Positions 1 to 8,928 of a stretch of 64,000 nucleotides of DNA are shown here, piece by piece. This DNA comes from Boseongicola sp. (GTDB lineage Bacteria; Pseudomonadota; Alphaproteobacteria; Rhodobacterales; Rhodobacteraceae): the NCBI GenBank assembly GCA_965267405.1, contig OZ253954.1, positions 1,593,070 to 1,657,069 on the forward strand, written 5' to 3'. The notes under the pieces were generated by a model. The model was given only the letters and a program-made list of their open reading frames with translations, ran no database searches and had not been told where the DNA came from. How positions within the stretch are numbered: the first letter of the stretch is position 1; each line of letters starts with the position of its first letter. Made by a program: the position numbers and the translations under genes.

Positions 1-164
1 ACCGGCTGCAAGCCATTGTCGCGTGTGACAATCAAATCGCCGGGTCGGAAGTTTTCCACGCGTCGCGGTCCACATGGGGTACGTAGATTGGCGCCGGCGC
101 ACAAGCCAGTGGCACCAGCGTTTGCAACTGCATTGGCATCCGAAATCTTCGTGACAATCGTCAT
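1..164 (-). CDS. Hint (Hedgehog/intein-like) domain protein, N-terminal fragment running off the window edge
   Basis: Not in the ORF track because it is truncated. The reverse strand from ATG (162..164) reads MTIVTKISDANAVANAGATGLCAGANLRTPCGPRRVENFRPGDLIVTRDNGLQP. The C-x-G-x-x-(I/L)-x-T-P-x-G-x-x-x-V-E-x-(L/F)-x-x-G-D-x-(V/I)-x-T-R-D-N-G-x-Q pattern is typical of Rhodobacterales Hint-domain proteins. AAGGA lies upstream of the ATG. Confidence 0.45.
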   Translation of the reverse strand, partial: MTIVTKISDANAVANAGATGLCAGANLRTPCGPRRVENFRPGDLIVTRDNGLQP

Positions 165-404
165 TGGCGCGAGTCCTTACACGCGTGGTTGGGTGCGGAT
201 TAGCGTAAGTTCAAATGTGACCGAATTAGGGACACCGCATGGAGAATCCGGGATGTATTTCCCGTCTAACGGGTCATCGTTCACAATTAGCAAACAATCA
301 GCGTTTTTTTGGCGCGATAATCTGAATTTAGGCCGAACAATAAAGAGGTCAGCAAGACGATTGTTAAATCAGAACGTGGCGCGAATGCGGATCGCAGACT
401 GCGC

Positions 405-1100
405 TCATCCAAATTCTTCGACGATCGACAAAGCAGCTTGTTTTGGATCGGTTGCGCGGTGAATAGGTCGCCCCACAACGACGTGGTCTACGCCAGCCCT
501 GATCGCCTCGGCCGGTGTCATCACGCGTTTTTGGTCGCCAAGGTCTGCGCCTGCTGGCCGAACGCCGGGTGTAACGATCAAACGCCCGGTCGAAGATGAC
601 AGAGCCCGAATTTGGCTTGCTTCCTGGGGTGAGGAGATCACTCCGTGTGCACCGGCCTCGAAGGCCCGATCCGCACGCTCAATCACCAGCTCTGACACAT
701 CGCCGGGCCGGATTTGTGCTTCATCGAGATCGCCACGATCTAGTGAAGTGAGAACTGTCACGGCCAGAATTTTCATGTCGCTCGCCCCGGCTCCTTCGCG
801 GGCCGCGCGGACAACGTGGGGGTCGCCGTGAACCGTCAGGAAATCGAGATCAAACTGCGCCAGACCGCGAACAGCTGCTTCAACCGTCGCGCCTATGTCG
901 AACAGTTTTAGGTCCATGAAGATCCTTTTGCCGTGGTCCCCTTTCAATTCGTTCGCCAAGGCCAGTCCACCACCGGTGAGCATACCAAGGCCAATCTTGT
1001 AGAAGGACACAGAGTCTCCAAGGCGCTCAGCCAGGGCCAATCCATCAAGTGCGTTGGGGACATCTAAGGCAACAATCAGACGGTCGTCAGCTTTGACCAT
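405..1100 (-). CDS. pyrF: orotidine 5'-phosphate decarboxylase
   Basis: ORF 405..1235 trimmed to the ATG at 1098..1100, which is preceded by AAGGAG. The translation MVKADDRLIVALDV...FYKIGL...FMDLKLFDIGATV...VTPGVRP...GVDHVVVGRPI carries the OMP decarboxylase motifs. Confidence 0.9.
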   Translation of the reverse strand: MVKADDRLIVALDVPNALDGLALAERLGDSVSFYKIGLGMLTGGGLALANELKGDHGKRIFMDLKLFDIGATVEAAVRGLAQFDLDFLTVHGDPHVVRAAREGAGASDMKILAVTVLTSLDRGDLDEAQIRPGDVSELVIERADRAFEAGAHGVISSPQEASQIRALSSSTGRLIVTPGVRPAGADLGDQKRVMTPAEAIRAGVDHVVVGRPIHRATDPKQAALSIVEEFG

Positions 1101-1207
1101 ACGTGGCTCCTTTTCGTTGCCTTCCTCTATTCGGGCAAGTGTTTGGACGCAAGCGCCGTCGCCGTCCAATAGCTTGCGTAGCATCATGGCACATGCTCGA
1201 CTGAAGC

Positions 1208-1690
1208 ATGGGAAAGTCGGGACTTCTTGAAGCATTCGAAGAGTTTGACGGGATACGGACCGAGCCGTTGAAGAAAGTCTTGGGCGGTTGCGTCTCTTCT
1301 GACGTGCTGCCGTTCATTCCAGGACCGCATGAAATACCGGCTACCTGGTTTTTGTTGAAACTCGCAAAAGCAGGTTCTGTGTCACTACGCGATGCGGAGG
1401 TGGCTGCTCAGCGTCTTCCTCAAATCCAAAGCGCTGATGCGGTCCTGCACGTGCTTCAAATGGCCCAGCATCTTCCTGATGCCTACGCAAATTCAAAGAC
1501 TGCTATTGCGCCCCTATTGGAGCACAAGCGCATTTTGATAAGGGTTTGGGCGTTGGACGCGCTCGTTCGGGCTGACCCCGCTGCGCCTGAATTGATCGGG
1601 CTGATCGACAATGCTGCCAAAGATAGCTCTGCTGCAATGAGGGCCCGGGCGCGACAATTGATGCCACTGCTTGTTAAAACAATCGGCTGA
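1208..1690 (+). CDS. hypothetical protein (helical, possibly HEAT-like repeats)
   Basis: 160-aa ORF divergent from pyrF. It is Ala/Leu-rich and helical with no recognisable catalytic motif. The coding call rests on length and codon usage only. Confidence 0.45.
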   Translation: MGKSGLLEAFEEFDGIRTEPLKKVLGGCVSSDVLPFIPGPHEIPATWFLLKLAKAGSVSLRDAEVAAQRLPQIQSADAVLHVLQMAQHLPDAYANSKTAIAPLLEHKRILIRVWALDALVRADPAAPELIGLIDNAAKDSSAAMRARARQLMPLLVKTIG

Positions 1691-1694
1691 CAAG

Positions 1695-1726
1695 CCCTTG
1701 TTTTACAGAACTTGTGGCCCCAAATG
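1695..1726 (+). promoter_or_regulatory. sigma-32 (RpoH)-type heat-shock promoter candidate for clpB
   Basis: CCCTTGTT (CTTG at 1697..1700), a 15-nt spacer, then CCCCAAAT (1718..1725). This resembles the CTTGAA-N13-15-CCCCATNT consensus and sits about 75 nt upstream of the clpB ATG. Confidence 0.45.
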
Positions 1727-1798
1727 AATTCAAAGGCTCAAACACGGCATGCTGCCTAGCGGGTGCCATCAATAGAGCGCTTAAAGAAGGAGATAACG

Positions 1799-4417
1799 AT
1801 GGACTTGGAGAAGTTCACCGAACGATCACGCGGCTTCTTGCAGGCCGCTCAGACGATCGCAATGAGGGAAAGCCACCAGCGGTTGGCGCCCGAACACTTG
1901 CTCAAAGCACTGATGGACGATGAACAGGGGCTAAGCGCCAACCTGATCCGCGCCGCGGGCGGTTCACCCGAGCGAGTTCGTGAAGCGGTCGACGCAGCTG
2001 TTTCTAAGCAGCCGAAAGTTTCTGGTGATGCCGGCCAGACCTACATGGATCAACAGACCATGAAGGTCATGGACGAAGCAGAGAAGATCGCAAAGAAAGC
2101 CGGCGACAGCTTTGTCGCCGTCGAACGCATTCTGACTGCGCTTGCAGTTGTGCGATCGAAAGCAAAAGAAGCTTTGGAAGCCGGCGCAGTGACCGCGCAG
2201 GGTCTGAATTCGGCCATTAATGATGTCCGCAAAGGCAGAACGGCTGACAGCGCTTCCGCAGAAGACACATTTGAAGCGCTTAAGAAATATGCACGCGACC
2301 TGACGGAAGCTGCGCGCGATGGAAAGATCGACCCGATCATCGGTCGGGACGAAGAAATTCGTCGTGCCATGCAGGTTTTGTCGCGCCGCACGAAAAACAA
2401 TCCCGTCCTAATCGGTGAACCTGGTGTTGGTAAAACGGCCATTGCCGAAGGACTTGCCATGCGCATTGTCGATGGCGACGTGCCTGAGAGCCTCCGCAAC
2501 AAATCGCTCTTGGCGCTGGACATGGGTGCATTGATCGCCGGCGCGAAATATCGTGGTGAATTCGAAGAACGACTGAAAGCCGTTCTGTCAGAAGTCACTG
2601 CAGCCGCAGGCGAGATCATTCTCTTCATCGACGAGATGCACACGCTTGTCGGCGCGGGTAAAACCGACGGTGCCATGGATGCCTCGAACCTGCTCAAGCC
2701 AGCACTGGCGCGTGGCGAATTGCACTGTGTTGGTGCGACGACGCTGGATGAATACCGCAAGTATGTCGAAAAAGATGCGGCATTGGCTCGTCGATTCCAG
2801 CCGCTGATGGTCGAAGAACCAACGGTGGAAGACACCGTTTCGATCCTTCGCGGGATCAAGGAAAAGTACGAGCTTCACCACGGTGTCCGCATCAGCGACA
2901 GTGCATTGGTTGCAGCAGCGACGCTTTCGCATCGCTACATCACTGATCGCTTTTTGCCAGATAAGGCTATCGACTTGATGGACGAAGCCGCGTCGCGGTT
3001 AAGGATGGAAGTCGACTCGAAGCCGGAAGAATTGGACGCGCTTGATCGACAGATCCTCCAGATGCAGATCGAGGCCGAAGCGCTGAAGAAAGAAGACGAC
3101 AAGGCATCAAAGACGCGACTTGAAAAGCTCGAAAAAGAACTGGCGGATCTTCAAGAACAATCCTCAGAGCTGACAGCGAAATGGCAGTCTGAGCGAGACA
3201 AGCTTGAAGGCGCGCGCGAGTTGAAAGAGCAGCTCGACAAAGCGCGTGCAGAGCTGGAACACGCCAAACGGGATGGCAACCTGCAGCGTGCGGGTGAGTT
3301 GTCATATGGTGTGATTCCGGGACTTGAGAAGAAACTTGCTGAAGCCGAAGGCGACGAGACCAGCGAAATGATGGTCGAAGAAGCCGTTCGTCCCGATCAG
3401 ATTGCCGAAGTGGTCGAGCGCTGGACGGGTATTCCAACATCCAAGATGCTGGAAGGTGAGCGCGAGAAACTTCTCCGCATGGAAGAAGAGCTGGGTCGTC
3501 GCGTGATCGGACAAGAGTCTGCCGTGACCGCAGTTTCAAATGCTGTCCGTCGTGCGCGCGCAGGCCTGAATGATGAGAACAGACCCCTTGGTTCGTTCTT
3601 GTTCCTTGGCCCAACCGGCGTCGGTAAAACCGAGCTGACCAAAGCCGTGGCAGAGTTCCTTTTTGATGACGACTCGGCGATGGTACGCATCGATATGTCC
3701 GAATTCATGGAGAAGCATGCGGTTGCCCGGTTGATCGGTGCGCCTCCGGGGTACGTTGGATATGACGAAGGCGGCGTACTGACGGAAGCTGTTCGGCGTC
3801 GACCCTATCAGGTCGTCTTGTTTGACGAAGTCGAGAAAGCCCATCCAGACGTGTTCAACGTATTGTTGCAGGTTCTGGACGATGGTGTGTTGACCGACGG
3901 ACAAGGTCGAACTGTCGATTTCAAACAGACACTCATCATCCTGACGTCAAACCTTGGGTCACAGGCGCTCAGCCAATTGGCCGATGGCGCCGATGCATCT
4001 CAAGCGCGGCGTGATGTGATGGATGCAGTGCGTGCACATTTCCGCCCCGAGTTCCTGAACCGATTGGATGAAACCATCGTCTTTGACCGTCTCTCACGTG
4101 AAGACATGGATGGCATCGTGGATATCCAGCTGGCTCGTTTGCACAAGCGGCTTGCGAAACAGGGGATCAGCTTGGACTTGGACGATGCTGCCAGAAAGTG
4201 GCTTGCTGACGAGGGATACGATCCTGTTTTCGGCGCGCGACCGCTTAAACGCGTGATCCAACGTGCATTGCAGAACCAGCTGGCGGAAATGGTGTTGGCT
4301 GGTGACGTTGCCGAAGGACACGTGGTGGCTGTTTCGGCGGGTGCGGACGGTTTGATTGTCGGCGATCGGCTATCAAAATCTAACCAGGAACCTCCAAACG
4401 ACGCCGTCGTTCACTAA
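1799..4417 (+). CDS. clpB: ATP-dependent chaperone/disaggregase ClpB
   Basis: Two AAA+ modules with Walker A GEPGVGKT and GPTGVGKT, a long coiled-coil middle domain ([23 protein letters not shown]...), and sensor motifs. The start is trimmed to ATG 1799, preceded by AAGGAGA. Confidence 0.97.
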   Translation: MDLEKFTERSRGFLQAAQTIAMRESHQRLAPEHLLKALMDDEQGLSANLIRAAGGSPERVREAVDAAVSKQPKVSGDAGQTYMDQQTMKVMDEAEKIAKKAGDSFVAVERILTALAVVRSKAKEALEAGAVTAQGLNSAINDVRKGRTADSASAEDTFEALKKYARDLTEAARDGKIDPIIGRDEEIRRAMQVLSRRTKNNPVLIGEPGVGKTAIAEGLAMRIVDGDVPESLRNKSLLALDMGALIAGAKYRGEFEERLKAVLSEVTAAAGEIILFIDEMHTLVGAGKTDGAMDASNLLKPALARGELHCVGATTLDEYRKYVEKDAALARRFQPLMVEEPTVEDTVSILRGIKEKYELHHGVRISDSALVAAATLSHRYITDRFLPDKAIDLMDEAASRLRMEVDSKPEELDALDRQILQMQIEAEALKKEDDKASKTRLEKLEKELADLQEQSSELTAKWQSERDKLEGARELKEQLDKARAELEHAKRDGNLQRAGELSYGVIPGLEKKLAEAEGDETSEMMVEEAVRPDQIAEVVERWTGIPTSKMLEGEREKLLRMEEELGRRVIGQESAVTAVSNAVRRARAGLNDENRPLGSFLFLGPTGVGKTELTKAVAEFLFDDDSAMVRIDMSEFMEKHAVARLIGAPPGYVGYDEGGVLTEAVRRRPYQVVLFDEVEKAHPDVFNVLLQVLDDGVLTDGQGRTVDFKQTLIILTSNLGSQALSQLADGADASQARRDVMDAVRAHFRPEFLNRLDETIVFDRLSREDMDGIVDIQLARLHKRLAKQGISLDLDDAARKWLADEGYDPVFGARPLKRVIQRALQNQLAEMVLAGDVAEGHVVAVSAGADGLIVGDRLSKSNQEPPNDAVVH

Positions 4418-4420
4418 CGA

Positions 4421-4449
4421 AAGAGCCCCGAAATTCGGGGCTCTTTTCA
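4421..4449 (+). terminator. rho-independent terminator of clpB
   Basis: AAGAGCCCCG-AAAT-TCGGGGCTCTT followed by TTTCAT, directly after the clpB stop codon. Confidence 0.8.
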
Positions 4450-4643
4450 TACTTTTGGCAACAGTCTTCTGAAATAGATCTGACTGTTTCGAAATTGTCT
4501 TTAGGATTGGGCGCTCTTTTGCCCAGTCACCCGAATTTGTCCATCTCTCCATGTCTTTGCCGCATTCCCGCCAGATTTGAACCGCAGCGTTTTCCCAAGC
4601 GTCAGCGGTAGGCGCGAAAACAGGCAAAACAGAGAACAGAGAC

Positions 4644-5078
4644 ATGGGCACAACACGTCGAATTGCAGGGCTCCGGATTTCCCGAGTGCAACCCACAATC
4701 ACGGTCGATCAGCTGGAAGATTTTTGGCAACCCAAAGATGCGCTTCCCGATCTGGAGCCGGCTGAAGACAGGCTTCGGAATCTAAGCCGTCAAATCTTTG
4801 CGTCGGATGCCATCACGCTGACGCATAGTTCAGCGGTAGATGATGTCTTCGACCCAAAGAAGCGCGAAGAACATGAGACTCTAACGGCGCGTGCGACGGT
4901 CTACATTATGAATATGATCGTTCTGGTCATGGCGATGCCAGTCGGCCTGGGACTCTTGTTCTTCAACATTTTGGGTGGTGAGAACCTTAGAACAACCGCA
5001 CACACAGTTGCGCTGACCGGCATGGCAATCGCGCTTTCTCAGACAGATGGCGGGGCTTGGTTGGATATTCTGGTCTAA
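4644..5078 (+). CDS. hypothetical membrane protein
   Basis: 144-aa ORF. The C-terminal half has two hydrophobic segments (VYIMNMIVLVMAMPVGLGLLFFNIL and HTVALTGMAIAL). The RBS is weak and there is no recognisable family. Confidence 0.4.
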   Translation: MGTTRRIAGLRISRVQPTITVDQLEDFWQPKDALPDLEPAEDRLRNLSRQIFASDAITLTHSSAVDDVFDPKKREEHETLTARATVYIMNMIVLVMAMPVGLGLLFFNILGGENLRTTAHTVALTGMAIALSQTDGGAWLDILV

Positions 5079-5875
5079 AACGCTGCGTAGCGTTCCCGGA
5101 CCAGGTCCAGTGAAGAAAGTTGCTCGGCTGTAAGCGAGTCCAATTCAACCAGATAGGTATGAATACCAAAAACCACGGCGTCCGTTTCGGGCAGTCGGCG
5201 AAGCGTTTGCTTCTCAGATCTTAGGTAGTTGCCACTTGGGTTGATATGACGTTCGCCTTCGCTTTCGCGTCTTGGTGTGAACAGAGCCGGATTGTCATAG
5301 AGCAACGCGTTGGCCCGACGAAGCGGTTGTTCGACCCGGATCGCATCAAAAAGCCTTTGGACTCGCTTCGCTATGGCCTCATCGTAGTCTTCGACGGGAA
5401 CGTGGATGCGCACCAAGGGCCTACCGATCTTTTCGGACAGCGTCCATCCGGCCGGAAAGCACAAAACAGCTGCGGTCAGAACGTGTTCGTCGCCGGATTT
5501 TTCAAGGACGCAAAAGTCTTCCTGCACAAGTCGTCCGGCAGTCAGTAATGGCTGATCCATGTCGATCGGCACGGGGATACCGTCAGGACGAACGACCTCG
5601 TTCTTTCCAATTTGATATCCGTCATCGTCAGCAAGGTGCGCTAGGACGAGCGATAAGCACTCTTCAGCAGCAGCCTCAGATCCCGGGCACATCGCATGGA
5701 CCAAATTTGGTTGGTTGATCAGAAGCTTATCGCGCAGTGCCATCTGCCCGGCGAACGCATCGTCCCGGGTAAGCCAGTCAGTAACTTCCAAAGGCTGTAT
5801 GCCCGGCAACCGCCATGTGCTGGGTGCCATCCAAGGTGCGAAAGGAAGCGAAGATTGAAAGACCGGTTCCGTCAT
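5075..5875 (-). CDS. DUF3445-family protein (heme-dependent oxidative N-demethylase-like)
   Basis: ORF trimmed to MTEPVFQSSLPFAPW. Blocks such as LVQEDFCVLEK...HVLTAAVLCFPAGWTLSEKIGRPL..IH.PV and NYLRSEKQTLRRLP match my recollection of DUF3445. Unverified. Confidence 0.6.
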   Translation of the reverse strand: MTEPVFQSSLPFAPWMAPSTWRLPGIQPLEVTDWLTRDDAFAGQMALRDKLLINQPNLVHAMCPGSEAAAEECLSLVLAHLADDDGYQIGKNEVVRPDGIPVPIDMDQPLLTAGRLVQEDFCVLEKSGDEHVLTAAVLCFPAGWTLSEKIGRPLVRIHVPVEDYDEAIAKRVQRLFDAIRVEQPLRRANALLYDNPALFTPRRESEGERHINPSGNYLRSEKQTLRRLPETDAVVFGIHTYLVELDSLTAEQLSSLDLVRERYAAF

Positions 5876-6000
5876 TTTGCAAGCAAAATCAGAGTTTACG
5901 GTGATTGCCAATGGTGTCGCTTGTAGACAATGGAAATGTCGGATTTGCGGCTGACCCGCCTTTGGATCGCGCCCACTCTGAACCAAGGGAGGCCACGTAT

Positions 6001-7344
6001 ATGAACAGCCATTATCGGGATACCCGCAAGATCGATCCTACGCGCGGTGCGCAGCTTGGTGACAACACACCGAATGATGCAGACCGTATTGAGATTGGAC
6101 CGACCCAGCTTGCGTTCCGCGAATGGGAAGCCGCTGGCCTTGAGTTGCCGGACCTGCAGGCAATGCGAATCTATCGGTGGCAGCGTCTGACCCAACACAT
6201 TGTCGACCGCGACTATGGTGGGCTGTTGATGTTCGATCCCTTGAACATCCGCTACGCCACAGACTCAACAAACATGCAGCTTTGGAACACCCACAATCCT
6301 TTTCGTGCGGTTCTCCTGTGTGCTGATGGATATATGGTGATCTGGGATTACAAGAATTCGCCGTTTCTTTCGTCGTTTAATCCTCTTGTGAAAGAAGCCC
6401 GATCGGGTGCCGATTTTTTCTACTTTGATCGCGGCGACAAAGCCTATCAGGCTGCGGAACTCTTCGCCGGACAGGTCCGTGATCTTGTGAAAGAACATGG
6501 CGGCGCAAACATGCGATTGGCAGTCGACAAAGGCATGATGCACGCATTTCGCGCCCTGCAAGCCGCGGGCTTTGAAGTCATGGAAGGCGAAGAAGTCACA
6601 GAAAAGGCGCGTGCCGTCAAAGGCCCGGACGAGATCAAAGCCATGCGCTGCGCATCCCATGCTTGCGAGACATCAGTTCGCGCGATGGAAGACTTTGCAC
6701 GATCAATGGGTCCAACTGGCACCGTCAGCGAAGACGACATCTGGGCGGTTCTGCATGCCGAGAACATCAAACGCGGTGGTGAGTGGATTGAAACGCGTCT
6801 TCTCGCGTCGGGTCCGCGCACCAATCCATGGTTCCAGGAGTGCGGCCCCAGAATTGTTCAAAACAACGAAATCGTTGCGTTCGATACGGACCTCGTTGGC
6901 TCTTACGGTATCTGTGTCGACATCAGCCGAACCTGGTGGGTGGGTGATCAAAGACCCAGGCAAGATATGATCGACACCATGCGCCACAGCGTCGAACACA
7001 TCCAAACCAACATGGAAATGATCGCGCCGGGTGTGCGTATCGAAGACATGAGCCGGAACTGTCACAAGCTGCATGATAAGTTTCAGCAGCAGAAATACGG
7101 GTGCCTTATGCACGGCGTCGGTTTGTGCGACGAGTGGCCCTTGGTCGCCTATCCTGACAAAATGGTGCCAGGTGCATTTGACTACGAACTGGAGCCGGGA
7201 ATGGTTCTATGTGTCGAAGTTTTGGCGGGTGAGGTTGGCGGAGACTTCTCCATCAAGCTGGAAGATCAGGTCCTGGTGACGGACGACGGTTACGAGAACC
7301 TCACAAAGTATCCGTTCGACTCAGCGTTAATGGGTGAGTTGTAG
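6001..7344 (+). CDS. dddP: DMSP lyase DddP (M24 metallopeptidase fold)
   Basis: The start ATG at 6001 follows AAGGGAGG. MNSHYRDTRKIDPTRGA..., FDPLNIRYATDSTNMQLWNTHNPFR, RLLASGPRTNPWFQECGPR, KYGCLMHGVGLCDEWPLVAYPD and FSIKLEDQVLVTDDGYENLTKYPFD closely follow the roseobacter DddP sequences I recall. Confidence 0.8.
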   Translation: MNSHYRDTRKIDPTRGAQLGDNTPNDADRIEIGPTQLAFREWEAAGLELPDLQAMRIYRWQRLTQHIVDRDYGGLLMFDPLNIRYATDSTNMQLWNTHNPFRAVLLCADGYMVIWDYKNSPFLSSFNPLVKEARSGADFFYFDRGDKAYQAAELFAGQVRDLVKEHGGANMRLAVDKGMMHAFRALQAAGFEVMEGEEVTEKARAVKGPDEIKAMRCASHACETSVRAMEDFARSMGPTGTVSEDDIWAVLHAENIKRGGEWIETRLLASGPRTNPWFQECGPRIVQNNEIVAFDTDLVGSYGICVDISRTWWVGDQRPRQDMIDTMRHSVEHIQTNMEMIAPGVRIEDMSRNCHKLHDKFQQQKYGCLMHGVGLCDEWPLVAYPDKMVPGAFDYELEPGMVLCVEVLAGEVGGDFSIKLEDQVLVTDDGYENLTKYPFDSALMGEL

Positions 7345-7387
7345 AGCAGGTCACTCAATGGGTCTGAACCCGCCAATCTTTTGAGAT

Positions 7388-7861
7388 CTAGCTATGATCC
7401 TTTAGCAACCGCTGCTTCTGGCGGTTCCAGTCGCGTTTGGCCTGCGTCTCACGCTTGTCGTGGACTTTCTTGCCCTTCGCGATGCCAATCTTGATCTTAG
7501 CGCGACCGCGGTGATTGAAATACAGAACCAAAGGAACCAGCGTCATGCCTTTCCTCTGAGTGGCATTCCACAGGTCCGATAATTCTTTCTTCGAAACCAA
7601 CAGCTTCCGGCGGCGGCGTTCCTCGTGCCCGAACATCGCCCTGTCATATGGAGCGATGTAGCTGTTCACGAGCCAAAGCTCACCATCTTCGACGTGGGCA
7701 TAGCTTTCTGCGATATTGGACGTGTTCTCACGCAGAGATTTGACCTCGGAGCCGGTCAACTGAATGCCGCACTCCAGATCGTCTTCGATGGCATAGTCAT
7801 ACCGCGCACGCCGGTTTTCGGCGATCACCTTGTAGTTGGGATTTTCTTTTGCTTTGGCCAT
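7388..7861 (-). CDS. smpB: SsrA-binding protein SmpB
   Basis: NRRARYDY.I...[15 protein letters not shown]...WLVN.YI.PY...[13 protein letters not shown] and a basic C-terminal tail make a classic SmpB. Confidence 0.95.
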   Translation of the reverse strand: MAKAKENPNYKVIAENRRARYDYAIEDDLECGIQLTGSEVKSLRENTSNIAESYAHVEDGELWLVNSYIAPYDRAMFGHEERRRRKLLVSKKELSDLWNATQRKGMTLVPLVLYFNHRGRAKIKIGIAKGKKVHDKRETQAKRDWNRQKQRLLKDHS

Positions 7862-7880
7862 GACTGGCCCGAGATAGGCG

Positions 7881-7914
7881 TTCCCCCGGCGCGTGTCCAG
7901 ACTACGCCGGGGAA
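7881..7914. other. GC-rich hairpin between the dapA stop and the smpB start
   Basis: CCCCGGCG (7884..7891) and CGCCGGGG (7905..7912) form an 8-bp perfect inverted repeat with a 13-nt loop. There is no T-run on either strand. Confidence 0.4.
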
Positions 7915-7918
7915 GCGA

Positions 7919-8794
7919 TTAGTTGATCAGTCCTGCATGCACCATTGCACCGCGGATTGCGTCCTTCGTTCCATCGGTCAAGCCGACGTGTGGCAACCGC
8001 ACTTCGTCAGAGCAGCGGTTAAGCAGGGACAAGGCGTATTTTGCGCCGATAAGTCCAGGCTCCAGGAAAAGAGCTATGTGCAAGGGCATCAACCGGTCTG
8101 TCAGATCCAGAGCGGTTGCATAATCACCATTTAGCGTCGCTGTCTGCACCTCGGCGCACAGTCGCGGCGCGACATTTGCCGTCACGCTGATGCATCCGGT
8201 GCCGCCCTGAGCGTTGAAGCTGATCGCGGTCGCGTCTTCACCTGAGAGCTGAATGAAATCGGACCCGCAAGACATGCGTTGCTTTGCAACACGGCTGATG
8301 TCACCGGTCGCGTCTTTGACGCCCACAATGCGCGGTAGCTCGGCAAGCCGTCCCATCGTCTCGGGGGACATATCAACCACGCACCGCCCGGGAATGTTGT
8401 AGATGATTATCGGAAGGTCGGCGGCATCATGCATCGCTTTGAAATGCTGATACAGGCCTTCTTGCGTTGGCTTGTTGTAATACGGAGTCACGACAAGCGC
8501 GGCATCAGAGCCAACACTTTTTGCGTGCTCCATGAACCGGATGCCTTCGACGGTGTTGTTCGAACCCGCTCCGGCAACTACCGGAACACGACCGGCCGAC
8601 GCCTCGACAACCGATTCCACAACCGCTTCGTGCTCTGCATGAGTGAGAGTCGGGCTTTCACCTGTGGTTCCAACTGGGACTAGCCCGTGTGAACCTTCGT
8701 CGATTTGCCAATCTACCAAACGTTTGAGCGTGTCGAAATCCACTTCGCCGTTGCGAAACGGTGTGACTAGTGCGGTTAGTGAGCCTCGTAACAT
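7919..8794 (-). CDS. dapA: 4-hydroxy-tetrahydrodipicolinate synthase
   Basis: [13 protein letters not shown]...[12 protein letters not shown]...[22 protein letters not shown] are DapA signature blocks. A strong AAGGAGG RBS precedes the start. Confidence 0.95.
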   Translation of the reverse strand: MLRGSLTALVTPFRNGEVDFDTLKRLVDWQIDEGSHGLVPVGTTGESPTLTHAEHEAVVESVVEASAGRVPVVAGAGSNNTVEGIRFMEHAKSVGSDAALVVTPYYNKPTQEGLYQHFKAMHDAADLPIIIYNIPGRCVVDMSPETMGRLAELPRIVGVKDATGDISRVAKQRMSCGSDFIQLSGEDATAISFNAQGGTGCISVTANVAPRLCAEVQTATLNGDYATALDLTDRLMPLHIALFLEPGLIGAKYALSLLNRCSDEVRLPHVGLTDGTKDAIRGAMVHAGLIN

Positions 8795-8928
8795 GACACG
8801 CCTCCTTTACTTGTGTTCGTGTAGAAATGCAGCGCGCGGACCCTATATGCGACCGAGGGAATTGCCAAGCCGTTGGAGGCATGGTTTTATCCTGCAAGCT
8901 GCGGGGCGAAAGGAACGGACTGGTATCC

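Noticed and set aside
16-462. 148-aa plus-strand ORF at the left edge
   Set aside because: It overlaps the Hint-domain fragment and the pyrF 3' end on the opposite strand and crosses the AT-rich spacer. The translation has no motif and an Arg/Ser-rich composition.
2050-2859. 269-aa ORF, plus several 60-215-aa ORFs, antisense to clpB
   Set aside because: It lies entirely inside the strongly supported clpB frame. The composition (Ser/Ala/Arg/Pro-rich, low complexity) is typical of shadow ORFs in GC-rich DNA. There is no RBS and no recognisable motif.
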